Of a stretch of DNA of 64,000 nt, positions 25,390 to 47,501 are shown piece after piece. Position 1 is the stretch's first letter, and every line of letters begins with the position of its first letter. The notes below the pieces were generated by a model that did not search any database, had not been told where the DNA came from, and saw nothing but the letters and a program-made list of their open reading frames with translations. The position numbers and the translations under genes were made by a program. The stretch is from Lingula anatina (taxonomy: Eukaryota > Animalia > Brachiopoda), in NCBI GenBank assembly GCA_051362555.1, contig CM120645.1:10912001-10976000 (forward strand). The letters are read 5' to 3'.

Positions 25390-25500
25390 GTTCGGAGAGT
25401 TTATCCAATCTTTTATTTCTATATCACTTCCTGCCGAGAAGCGCATGCGGGGCGGCCTTAGAAATTAGCGTGAAACGTTAGTGTGACGATAGTATTTTAT
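25390..25500. promoter_or_regulatory. Bidirectional housekeeping promoter for MRPL2 and LSM8
   Basis: Lies between the divergent genes. CCAAT (25405), ETS-like CACTTCCTG (25425-25433), NRF1-like GCGCATGCG (25441-25449) and a GGGGCGG GC box, with local CpG enrichment. Confidence 0.7.
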
Positions 25501-25529
25501 TGTTAAAAGAACTAGATTTGAAGCAACTG

Positions 25530-28500
25530 ATGGCCTCAGCAATAGAATCATACGTTGGGCGTATCTTTTATCTTGTGGGAAGTACTTTTTAGTTATTTTG
25601 TGCAATAGCTACGCAGAAATATATCATTCGCAGAGTAAGTTCGCAAACTCAAAGGCAAGCGAAAGTAAAATATCTAGCAGTATTATGTTTAATTATAGTT
25701 AATACCATTTGCTATTAGTAGTACTACTGCGTGGCAAGCTCTTTAAAGTTAATGATGAAAAAAGAGAGTGCAAATTGCTGTCGCTTTAATGTATTCTAAA
25801 TTATTGACGTTTCTTTTTTTACACAAAGACGTTGTTTTGGTTGGCTATTTCAGTGTTTTTTTTTTTTTTTTTGGGGGGGGGGGTATTTATCCTTTTTATT
25901 TTAATATATCTAATGTATAATAAATAAAGTGTAGTGTATTATCAGATTGTCGTGGTTGTGTGTTCACCTTAACAGTAGCCAGGAACTGTGTCTGTGATCA
26001 CATCAGATGGCAGAATGATAGTGGTGAGTAGAATCCAATAGATGTATTTTTATTTTAATTTGGTCATGGCATTTTTCTATAATTATAATTATAATAATAA
26101 TGATAATAATTCTTTATTGAGCACTAAAATGCATGCAGGTTACATTTTACATGCTCTCTACTATTAGTTTTATAACGTGTAAATACAAAATATTTATGGC
26201 TTTTTTTTTTTAACTTTTTTGAACAGAGGTGTAGAAGTTATTATTACAATGTGCATATAAAATGCATGCTATATTTTAGGACTGACCATTTTTTCTTTCG
26301 GAATCATAATTGATTTTTGTAAGTGGATTTAATGCATACAAAAACTACATTTTTATTCCAGTAATCGTATCGAATGTGTACTGTGTTGATCTCGGTCCCA
26401 GTTTTGTATGGACCAGACTGTGTGTATGTGGAACAACGCAATATTCACATGTTCAATGAACACTGAACTTTATTCAACACCTAACCATTACTACTAATGC
26501 CTCATGGGAACGGAACACAATGTCAGAGGTCACGGTCTCAACTAACACAATCATCAACATCCCCCCTTCTTTATAAAAGAAAAATATGCTCTACAAAGAA
26601 CAAAGTGAGCTAAGAGGAGATATAACAAGTTCACAATACAAATACTGTTGCCCAATCAAAATATGATCTGTCTGGTACTCAGATCTAGATCCATACTGAT
26701 CAAAGTCAATGTAAGTGTAACCAGTCTTTGACAGTCATGTATGGCAATGCATTTCCTTGCAATTAATAAAACTCCAGAATAAACAGTTCTCCATTCCACA
26801 ATAGAAAAGTCTATGAATATAATAGTTTTTTGCAAACAATCTGCCAGTGTTCCTTTTCAGTCGTTGAACACGTAAACATACATTAAACTTTAAGTAACAT
26901 TGTCCTTTAAAGATTCAAATATCAAACATTTGAATGTAAGTGAACAAGAAAATCACAACTGTTCTGATAATGTCAATGAAAACAATGCACAAATTTGCAT
27001 ACAAGAACAAAGAAATCCAGTGATTCCTGAAACAAATTACAGTCCATGTAAACAGTCCTTAGAAAATGTCTTATCATGTTTATAGCAATTTCACTTGTAA
27101 ACTACATAGTGATTCCTGAAACAAATTACAGTCCATGTAAACAGTCCTTAGAAAATGTCTTATCATGTTTACAGCAATTTCACTTGTAAACTACATAGTC
27201 CTTAAGATAATTGGGCTTTCTGCACTCACGTTTTGGTCTTATTGTTTGTGAAATTTCTTTTCCAGTTATAATAGAATCTGCAGATTCCACAGTTTTTGTT
27301 TCAGTCAGTTCATTAGCATTAGCAGCACTGTGATAATTCTCACACTGTTTTGTAACATTGTCACTTGGAGTATACATAGGATTCTGACAGTCCTGTAGTT
27401 TTCCACCAGTTGGTAATTCACTGTTAGTCATACGTGCTGGAGATTTATCACGAATGTAGGGTTCAATTTTCGTTGGACGTATGTGTATCCTATTCCTTCT
27501 ATAGGTAGCTCCATCCTGGGCTTTGACCTGGTAACTATGTTCATCACATGTGTCCAATACTTTTCCTAAAATCCATTGTTGATTTTGTTTTTGTTCAAAG
27601 TATACATTTTGACCTATTTTGAGCTTGGGCAGGTCACGCGCACTCTTATCATGGTATTTCTTCACAGATATATTTCTTTTGTTGATCTTTTCTAACACCT
27701 GAGGATCTTTGCTTTTCTTAGCAACCGACGGTAAGAATGTACGTCCTGGCTTTCCAAACACCATTTGGTACGGGCTCAGCCCAGTTTCTTGTCTTGGTAC
27801 ATTTCTTAGTTCTAATAGAGCTTCAAACTGATCCTCATTGTTTTTAACGCATTTGTACATAAGGTGTTTTACAGTTTTTACTGCCGATTCAGCCTTTCCG
27901 TTTGCTCTTGGGTAGTGTGGGCTTGATTTTATGTGTCTTATACCCCACTTCTTCGTGAATTGGTCAAACACACTTGACGCAAACTGCGGCCCACCATCGG
28001 ATACCAAGGTGATCGGGACACCATATCTCGCAAAATGCTTCTTCAGAATCGCGATAACCACATTGGAAGTAGTAGTGTTCAGATAGTCTACTTCTATAAA
28101 GTTGCTGTAATAATCAACTGTCACAAGGTAATTTCTACCTTTGATTTCAAACAAATCTAAACCAACTTTCTGCCATGCACTCGTTCCTCGGTCATGCTGA
28201 TTAAGAAGGTTTTTACTGGTTCTTGGCTTCATTTCTTGACATGCCTCACAGTTATCAGCCAACTGTTTAATCTCAGCATTCATACTCGGCCAATATACTG
28301 TTCCCCTGGCTCTTCTTATCATTGAGTCATAGCCACAGTGTGATTTGTGCAATCTTTTCTTAATATCTGCACGCATTGTTTTAGGAATGACTACAGCTTC
28401 CCCTTTAACAATTATGCCTTCATATAAGCTAAGTGTGTCTCTTATATCATAATATGGCTTACACACATCTGGTGTACTCACTTTTGACTCTGGCCAACCA

Positions 28501-31500
28501 TTTTCAATAAGGTCACTTAGAACTTGCATGTCCTCATCAGCTAAGGTTGCATCACGAATTTCAATCAATCTTGCATCGGAGATGTCTTCATTCACTCTGA
28601 TGTCCATGATTCTAGGTCGGTGCTCTAGGTCATCCATCAAATGTGCTCTACTTAGACAGTCTGCAATGATGAGTGAGGTTCCCTTTACAAAGTGAAATTC
28701 GAAGTCATATCGATATAGTCTCATCATGATGTCTTGTAGACGCTTGGGAGCACTGCTGAGGGGTTTACGTAGGATAGAGTCCAATGGTTTGTGGTCGTTT
28801 TCAATTATCACCTTCCGTCCATAGGTATATTGATCAAAACGCTCTAAACCATACAAGATAGCGAGTGCTTCCTTCTCAATCTGGGCCCACTTCCTTTCTG
28901 ATGCTGTAAGTGATCTTGAGGCATACTCCACTGGCTTGCCTTCTTGTAACAGCACAGCGCCCAATCCATGTTGGCTGCTATCCACTTGGAGTCGAACTTC
29001 CTTCTCAGGACTGAAATATGCCAGCAATGGTGCTTTAGTTAGGCTTTCTTTCACTGTGTTGAGTGCCATTTCACATTGCTTAGTCCACTGAAATGGTACG
29101 TCTTTTCTAGTAAGCTCTCTGATCGGCTCCATCATGCCTGAGAGGTCTGGTAAGAAGCGCGATAGGTATTGCACCATGCCACACAAACGCTTGACACTGC
29201 TCACATCAGTGGGTGATGGCATATCAATTATGGCTTTCACTTTGGCTGCGTCAACCTTTACTCCATCTTTAGAGATTTTATGTCCATGGAAAGTGATCTC
29301 CGTTAGGCCCGTTTTCTGTTTCTCTTCATTGAGAACTATGTTTCTTTCAGCACACCTCTGTTTCAGTATGCTCAGCTTCTTTTCATTGTCTGCTTTAGCT
29401 TCTGCTTCTGTATCACCCTGTCCCGCGATAATGATATCATCTACAACACAGAATATTCCATCTATGTCACTCAGGGCTTCATCTAATTTCCTTTGAAATA
29501 TTTCACTCGAGACTTTTAGACCAAACGGCAGTCTGGACCACCTAAAGCGACCATACGGTGTTATCATTGTCGTGTATTTGCTTGACTCCTCGTCCAGGCG
29601 GACATGATAAAACGCCTCTTTAACGTCCAGCTGTGAAAATATTTTTGCATTGTTCAATTCTGGCAGTATGTCATCCAATACTGGCAGTCTGTAGTGCTCT
29701 CTCATCAGCGCTGTATTAAGAGGTTGTGGATCAATGCACACTCTAATTTTTCCATTAGGCTTCTGCACAATAGCCATCTGACTAACCCATGGTGTAGGCT
29801 CAGTCACTGGTATCAGTATTTGTCGCTCTACTAGAGAATCCAACTCTGCTTTGACACGGTCCTTCAGGGCAATTGGAATCTTGCGACATGGCAATGCTCT
29901 GGGTTTCACATCAGGGTCAAGTGTGAGGGTTGCTTCACCGAGGTCACCCGGTGCATTCTGCTTAGATCCCACTACTTTGGCAATAAACTTGTCTTTATTC
30001 ACAGTAACAAGACCAAGTTTCTGAATAGCGTTCAGTCCTAGGATAGGCTGTAACTTATTGGAGACAACTACAAAGTGCACCATTTCACTGTCACCAGTCC
30101 TTGGGTTGTGTACTAGTAAGTCAGCTTCTCCAAGGGGTTTGAGTGTAGACTCATTAAACATGTGTAAAGTCATAGAGGATGCATGAGCCTGTGATCTTTT
30201 GACATATCTCTGATTGATAATGTTCACATCTGCTCCACTGTCCAATTGGAAATGTACATCACAGTCATTTACAGTCATTTGAGCTGTCAAAATATCAGTT
30301 TTTCTGTGCTTATTTACAGAGTTCACAGAATTGAGCCAACTATCTTCTTCTGCACAAGTTTCTTCCCCTGTGACGACACGCACCTTTTTACACACTACTT
30401 TGAAATGGTTCCTACCTTTGCAGCCATTGCAGGTTTTCCCCCAAGCTGGACAATCTTCCTTTCTCATACTGTGCTTGGTGTTGCAATATTTACAGAGTTT
30501 AACCTGATGTGGCTTACTGTTCTTGGCCTGCAGAGGTTTATCTTGCCTTCGCTTCTGTGGAGGTTTAGTTTGCTGGAGCTTGTTAACACTTGCCTGTGCC
30601 TGGGACATTTGCTTTGCTTGATTATTAGCTTGCTGGTAGGAGTGACAGATTTTAATGCATTTCCTGAGATCAAGGTCACCCTCTCTCAATAACAGTTGTT
30701 GCAGCTTGCCACTGGTACTGAATACTATTTTGTCCCTTATCATTCGGTCCTCCATTTGGCCAAAATTACATGAAGCTGCTCTGCTTTTCAGCTCAGTTAC
30801 GTACTGATCAATTGGTTCCACATACGGAGTAGTCCAGAATCTGTGTGATTCTACCATTTCATTTATGAGGGGGTTGCAGTACTCTTCAATCTTTCTCAGA
30901 ACTTCGTCTGGGTCATTTGGGTCGCTATCACCCCATTCAAAGTGATCATATGCTTTGAGTAGTGATTCACCGCCACAGTTAATAATGGTTGCTACTTGAA
31001 TTTCTTTCTCCATTTTCTTTATACCACTAGCTAGTAAGTATATTTCAATCTGTCTCTTCCAAGCTTTAAAGTTTTCGGGTACGTTACCGGTTTGCAAGTT
31101 AAGCTCTGGCGGGAGACGCAAATTGGTATTAACGTGGAGAAATGGAACTGCCGGATCGGCCTCGTTGCTTCCAGTCGCCATTTTCTCAGTAGACAGACCA
31201 CGTGGAACGGCAAAGTTAATATTCTTATGTTTAAGAGAATATTATCAGTATCTATCACTCACTCAGTCAATGAAGATTGCTCTATTCTCCACCGCTTGCC
31301 ACCATGTTGATCTCGGTCCCAGTTTTGTATGGACCAGACTGTGTGTATGTGGAACAACGCAATATTCACATGTTCAATGAACACTGAACTTTATTCAACA
31401 CCTAACCATTACTACTAATGCCTCATGGGAACGGAACACAATGTCAGAGGTCACGGTCTCAACTAACACAATCATCAACATACTGTAGTATAATAACCAA

Positions 31501-32129
31501 ATAAGGCTTCACCTTTTGCTTTCATTTTCCATGAACAGTTTCCCTGCAACTTCCCAACTTGTCTGCTAATTGCTGTGTATGTTTTCAGGGGACACTGAAA
31601 GGATTCGATCAAACAATCAACCTTATATTAGATGAAAGCCATGAGAGAGTGTACAGTTCACAGCAGGGAGTGGAGCAAGTGGTATTAGGCTTGTACATAA
31701 TCAGAGGAGACAATGTGTAAGCAATCTTATGTGAGAGTTGTTCTAAATTAAGTGGCATTCAAAATGTTCACTAAATATTACCCAGCTTATCATTTGTTGG
31801 TGAATCTGCTAAGTGAAATATAAGTTCTGTATAAGGACAAAGTATGACATCATACAATTTCAGTATGTTCCTGTAGTTAACATGTATGAAATTATCCAAA
31901 AGCATGCTTGTGGCTCTTGCCATCATGCAAATTGTCCATCAAATACTATATGCAGAAAAATACCTATCCAAATACTTAGGTGGTTAAAACTCTTTGGTTT
32001 AGTGTAATTAGTGTGTAATGTTTTGGTTTCTGTTTCAGGGCTGTAGTTGGAGAGATAGACGATGAAGCGGACAAACAAGTAGACTATGTTAACATCAGGG
32101 CAGAACCTCTTAACCCAGTACAACATTGA
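25530..32129 (+). CDS. LSM8: U6 snRNA-associated Sm-like protein LSm8, 96 aa
   Basis: Exons 25530-25560, 25983-26023, 31589-31716 and 32039-32129 give MASAIESYVGRTVSVITSDGRMIVGTLKGFDQTINLILDESHERVYSSQQGVEQVVLGLYIIRGDNVAVVGEIDDEADKQVDYVNIRAEPLNPVQH*. Confidence 0.97.
25561..25982 (+). other. U12-type (minor spliceosome) GT-AG intron, LSM8 intron 1
   Basis: 5' splice site GTATCTTTT (consensus RTATCCTTT). Branch site CCTTAAC at 25967-25973, about 10 nt from the 3' AG. No polypyrimidine tract. Confidence 0.88.
26384..26559 (-). repeat. 3' LTR (176 bp)
   Basis: Identical by eye to 31305-31480. TG...CA ends; AATAAA on the minus strand at ~26469. Confidence 0.97.
27019..27199. repeat. 89-bp tandem duplication spanning the retroelement stop codon and 3' UTR
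   Basis: agtgattcctgaaacaaattacagtcc... starts at 27019 and again at 27108, with one visible mismatch. Confidence 0.92.
27180..31181 (-). CDS. Gag-Pol polyprotein (Gag with two zinc knuckles, protease, RT, RNase H, integrase)
   Basis: 1333-aa ORF: CKYC..H..C/CNGC..H..C knuckles, protease LDSGA, RT LPFGL..VVDDII, RNase H DSS..EKEALA..DHKPL, integrase HKSH..CEAC, GLDLF, SDGGPQF and NGKAESAV. The domain order PR-RT-RH-IN is Gypsy-type. Confidence 0.97.
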   Translation of the reverse strand: MATGSNEADPAVPFLHVNTNLRLPPELNLQTGNVPENFKAWKRQIEIYLLASGIKKMEKEIQVATIINCGGESLLKAYDHFEWGDSDPNDPDEVLRKIEEYCNPLINEMVESHRFWTTPYVEPIDQYVTELKSRAASCNFGQMEDRMIRDKIVFSTSGKLQQLLLREGDLDLRKCIKICHSYQQANNQAKQMSQAQASVNKLQQTKPPQKRRQDKPLQAKNSKPHQVKLCKYCNTKHSMRKEDCPAWGKTCNGCKGRNHFKVVCKKVRVVTGEETCAEEDSWLNSVNSVNKHRKTDILTAQMTVNDCDVHFQLDSGADVNIINQRYVKRSQAHASSMTLHMFNESTLKPLGEADLLVHNPRTGDSEMVHFVVVSNKLQPILGLNAIQKLGLVTVNKDKFIAKVVGSKQNAPGDLGEATLTLDPDVKPRALPCRKIPIALKDRVKAELDSLVERQILIPVTEPTPWVSQMAIVQKPNGKIRVCIDPQPLNTALMREHYRLPVLDDILPELNNAKIFSQLDVKEAFYHVRLDEESSKYTTMITPYGRFRWSRLPFGLKVSSEIFQRKLDEALSDIDGIFCVVDDIIIAGQGDTEAEAKADNEKKLSILKQRCAERNIVLNEEKQKTGLTEITFHGHKISKDGVKVDAAKVKAIIDMPSPTDVSSVKRLCGMVQYLSRFLPDLSGMMEPIRELTRKDVPFQWTKQCEMALNTVKESLTKAPLLAYFSPEKEVRLQVDSSQHGLGAVLLQEGKPVEYASRSLTASERKWAQIEKEALAILYGLERFDQYTYGRKVIIENDHKPLDSILRKPLSSAPKRLQDIMMRLYRYDFEFHFVKGTSLIIADCLSRAHLMDDLEHRPRIMDIRVNEDISDARLIEIRDATLADEDMQVLSDLIENGWPESKVSTPDVCKPYYDIRDTLSLYEGIIVKGEAVVIPKTMRADIKKRLHKSHCGYDSMIRRARGTVYWPSMNAEIKQLADNCEACQEMKPRTSKNLLNQHDRGTSAWQKVGLDLFEIKGRNYLVTVDYYSNFIEVDYLNTTTSNVVIAILKKHFARYGVPITLVSDGGPQFASSVFDQFTKKWGIRHIKSSPHYPRANGKAESAVKTVKHLMYKCVKNNEDQFEALLELRNVPRQETGLSPYQMVFGKPGRTFLPSVAKKSKDPQVLEKINKRNISVKKYHDKSARDLPKLKIGQNVYFEQKQNQQWILGKVLDTCDEHSYQVKAQDGATYRRNRIHIRPTKIEPYIRDKSPARMTNSELPTGGKLQDCQNPMYTPSDNVTKQCENYHSAANANELTETKTVESADSIITGKEISQTIRPKRECRKPNYLKDYVVYK
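31287..31304 (-). promoter_or_regulatory. Primer-binding site, tRNA-Leu-like
   Basis: TGGTGGCAAGCGGTGGAG directly follows the 5' LTR. It resembles the complement of a tRNA-Leu 3' end (..CCACCGCTGCCACCA) with one extra base. Confidence 0.7.
31305..31480 (-). repeat. 5' LTR (176 bp)
   Basis: Identical to 26384-26559 and followed by the TSD TACTG. Confidence 0.97.
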
Positions 32130-32626
32130 TACTAAATTATCCTATAAGATTTACTGATGTCATGCTACCTTTTGAGGAGATCCTTCCGTTTTCTAACGTC
32201 ACCATGAAGTTTTAGAAACAAATTGTTTGACCGTAGCCTGAAAAATAAGTGGCAGACAAGTGAGAATAGATGGAAAGGGTTGTGCCTCAGCGATATGAAA
32301 TGGAAACAAAATAATTATTGTAGTCTTTGCCTGATGCAGTGTTCGAGACTCATAGTGCTACAACATATTGGGATTCTGCCAGTACAGCTAGTATTCTTTT
32401 AAAGAAATGTTTAGTTTTCAATTTTTAATTTTGTCATAAGTACAGTTGGGTTGCAGCATTGCACATATATTAATTGATCCAGCTTATGAAAAAAAAAAGA
32501 CTTTTTTGTATATAATGTACATTATGTAAATACATGCAACTGCCCGAAGAGGTTTTTACTGTGAATAGAAGATTCCTTCCACAACTATTTAGTTCAAAGG
32601 CATCTTTAACTGCCCTGACTGATATA

Positions 32627-32640
32627 AATAAAAGAATAAA
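32627..32640 (+). terminator. Candidate LSM8 polyadenylation signals
   Basis: Two adjacent AATAAA about 500 nt after the stop, followed by T-rich sequence. Confidence 0.5.
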
Positions 32641-34344
32641 GAAACAATAACTCTGATTTTTGAATATGGCTTATATTTTTTTCATATCTCAGTTTATAGT
32701 CGTAAAAGAAATTTACAAGACTAATTTCCTTCACTAAACACAATATCGTCTACATGTACATGTCTTCATAAATCCTTCACTTATACCGTTTTCACGACAG
32801 AAATACATACAACTGTCTTTTAGCATGGTGGACATGCAATAAATAATATATCCAGAGTACAATGGTGGTGTTTATGTCTTTAAGACAACACTGAACAGTT
32901 CCTTTTGGCAATGATTGTATTTATAGATGATGCCCTACTTCATTTCATCAACTTTCGGCCCATTTCCAGAGGATATTGACCAACCTGATGTAGTACCAGT
33001 TTTTCTTGCAGGTGCCTCTGCTATTTTTTTTTCACTTTGTCAACCAAATTCCTTTTTAGCTGTTTCAATGAACCTCTTTTTTTTTTTTTTTAATTGAAGT
33101 TTGACTGATTTCCCGTGGTTAGAAATTGTATTTGCACATCCTGCTGTGAAAGACGAGGTTAAAACGGCCCATCTCCAGTGGAAACTGACCTCAAGTCTTG
33201 TACTAAAAACACTGTGAACATATGAATTGCTATGAACAACTTGAACAAGGTAGATACTTAAGATACCCAAACAACGGACTGTATCATAGAGTGGGGTTGC
33301 AATTGCACTGAATGATATTTTAATTACTTAATAACAAAGAGAACTCACTGGGTGACCAAATATCTGGGACTGTGGCATGGAGAAGCAGTATACAGGCTTG
33401 CCAACATATTGAACCATCCAATTTTCTTTGAATACGGTTAGTTCATGTTCTCAGATCTGTCATGTTTTTCCAAATTAACCAGAAACCCATCCCCTGCTCT
33501 GCAAATTCACAAACCAAAAGAGCATGCAGCAGAGAAGAATAGCTCCAAAAGTATGTGTTCATCAAATATATGTTGTGAATTTTTTCCTGGGGCAAGCATG
33601 TATACTGTTCCTTGAATTAAATCTGTAAAATTCCAATCAACGATGAATTAATCTGAAGGATGTGTTTGGTATGGTTGATTCAAGCGTAAGTTTATATTTG
33701 TTTACTATTAAGGGCAGAAAACCATGGCAATAGATTCAAGTGTGCAGTTGCAAATTCAACAAGCATAATTATCATTCATAACCAGCATAAGTCGAATGGA
33801 CAGCAGCTTAAATGACAATAAGGTAATGTTATGCTGTAAATACTTCCTGTGAGGTAAAACAGCATGTTTATGTTCCCCCTAAATTTCTAAACTTCCTAAC
33901 TTCTAAGACTGTGTGACAGTGCACATACTAAACCTACAGACTTTTACTATGACAATGTGTTCATGATCAAATACTTATTATTTCACAAAGTGGATTGTAG
34001 AGCAGCAACCCAATTTTTACTTAATTCCTTTTCTGCTCTCACATTCTGTGACATGCCTTTTCGTACATGATACAGCATTCCAATGTTCCATACAATTAAA
34101 AAAAATTGGTACCCTTCAATTGGTTGCAAGCATCCTTTCACTGCTACCTCAGAACCAATTCAAGCAACAGACAATAGAACCACATCATGCAATGGTCCCT
34201 TTAGAGTGAAAAAAATTGTGAATATCTATCCCAGCCTTTAATATCTCGTGCTTGTAATCTGTATTGGAAATCAGACCACTAACTTATGTTACACAAAGAC
34301 AATAGTTCTAAAATATGTATGGATGTCTGACAGTGCAAGTTTGC

Positions 34345-34490
34345 CCAATTTCAGGTCAAAAGTAGTCCTGGCTGAATGCTACTTTAATAGTTGTACCAGT
34401 GTAAAGTCAAAAGTAGTCTTGTCTGAACGCGGGTTTATAAGTTGGACCAATATCAGGTCAAAAGTTGTCTTGTCTGAACACTGCTTCACA
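34345..34490. repeat. 51-bp minisatellite, ~3 copies, in the presumed CDK 3' UTR
   Basis: gtcaaaagt.gtc.tg.ctgaa recurs every 51 bp. Confidence 0.75.
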
Positions 34491-35509
34491 ATAAATCAGA
34501 AGAGGGTACTTTTTTCATCCTGAGTTTCAGAAATGTGGACTTCTGTACTGGGACACCCGTTATCTTGCACAAAGCTCTGAACACAGTAAAAGTGCTTTTA
34601 AAATATACGTGTGTCATCTTTCTCATGTGAGGCCATTCCAATGCATTGAGCAGAAATGTCCAATATACTACTACATCGGGCAAATAATTTTGCCGCTGTC
34701 GTCATGTCCTAACTTTCCATACCATCACTGTCTGGTATAGAATGTTTCTATTGAACTCTTTGCTCATCATATCACATTATAAAACATTATGACCTTCTGT
34801 CTGACCTCTTCTCAAAATTGCTCAAGGGATATTAACAGATCCCAGTCTAGATGAGCTTCTCTTGGGATATAGATGGCAGCATGTGTGATTCTTACACCTG
34901 AACACAGCTTCTGTTACTTATATATAGACCACAAAAGTTGAAGACTCCCAGCTAGATGAAAATCTGGCACATCCATATATCACTTTTTCTCTTTTATAAC
35001 CTTTGTAGATGACTTCAATAGTCCTTGGACATGGTGGCAACTGATACATAGAAGCCCTGAACCCAACAGTGCAGGCAGGGAACTCCGTCCAACAACAAGA
35101 GAAGTCTGAAGTGAAACGCATGATGATAATGTAAGATGCTTCTTTGAAAGAAACTGGTTTGTCTGCATCCTCTTATGGGCTTTTTCTTTAGTAAAAAAAG
35201 CCCAGGCCTTTATCCATCAATCTATATATTTCATCACTGGATGACGAGTTACAATCGCCCTGCCCATATGTTGGATGTCCATATTTGCTTCTTTCAAGTC
35301 AAACACACCCACAATTGGTTCTAAGGTTGACAGACTATCTTTTGAACTGAAGACCCTTTTTTTTCAGCTGTGGGGCACTCGGGCCCATTGTCTACAGTGT
35401 AGTCGAGTCGGTTGTAACAGTGGTATGATCTTCAGTTCTAACAGGGCTGGTACTGTTGATTGGCCTTAGGAGTGACTTCTCTCCACTCTCCTCTGTATTA
35501 TGTGATCCT

Positions 35510-46817
<11,308 letters not shown>

Positions 46818-47390
46818 CTACAGGATAAAACAAAGATGAACATCAATTTTTTTAAAAAATGCTGCAAATCTGGCAGATTTTTCTAAAGGCAATTGCACAT
46901 TAATATCCATATATATACTGTAGTGATCAGATTCTCATGTATACTGTAATAATTTTTAGTATAATCATGGCAGGAGATCGAGGAATCAAAGCAGGGCACA
47001 AAAAACTCCAGGCACCATTTCTTGATCTACTATCTTATGATTGACATCCAATTCAACCCTTCATTCATTCATTCAAAACATTGCATCCAAACATACTTTT
47101 CATATCAGTTTCTGTTTTGACATTTCTGTCATTCTGATTGATGTTGACATCATATCTTGTCATTCAAAACTTCTGAAATCTAAATGGGCATTTTTTTTTC
47201 TTTTTTTTTTTTTTTCTAAACCCTAATAAAGTTTTAAGGCTGCACATTTAAGCCTTATGGCAGTCAGTTATCTGTATCTCAAATAGTTTAGTAAACAAAA
47301 TATTGCCTATGTGCCCTTAAGTTATTGCTGCCACTCACAAGAGTCAAACAAGTTGTTCCCAAGATGAATAGTTTCACACCTTCCATATTC

Positions 47391-47501
47391 AGTCAGATCA
47401 ATACACAAGTCAAATCAACAGCAAGGTCAAGGTCAGATCAGCACCAAGGTCAGATCAATACCAAGGTCAATTCAATGCCAAGGTCAAATCAACTTCAAGG
47501 T
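47391..47501. repeat. ~17-bp minisatellite (CCAAGGTCAGATCAATA-like)
   Basis: About 6 degenerate units, most containing AGGTCA. Confidence 0.75.

Larger units (their letters stand above)
26384..31480 (-). mobile_element. Full-length Ty3/Gypsy LTR retrotransposon (Mag-like), 5097 bp
   Basis: Identical LTRs at 26384-26559 and 31305-31480 (TGTTGA...TCAACA). TSD TACTG at 26379-26383 and 31481-31485. PBS TGGTGGCAAGCGGTGG next to the 5' LTR; PPT AAAGAAGGGGGGA next to the 3' LTR. Confidence 0.98.

Noticed and set aside
25750-25810. C/D-box snoRNA candidate (ATGATGA) in LSM8 intron 1
   Set aside because: No suitably placed CTGA D box or terminal stem.
26560-27180. Possible env or extra ORF between pol and the 3' LTR
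   Set aside because: Only ~620 bp, partly a tandem duplication, with no substantial sense ORF.
29430-29455. RT active site VVDD rather than YxDD
   Set aside because: A non-Tyr residue at this position is common in Mag-like Gypsy elements, so it is neither evidence of inactivity nor novelty.
29134-31380. Plus-strand ORFs overlapping Gag-Pol
   Set aside because: Antisense shadows of a long coding frame, with no motifs.
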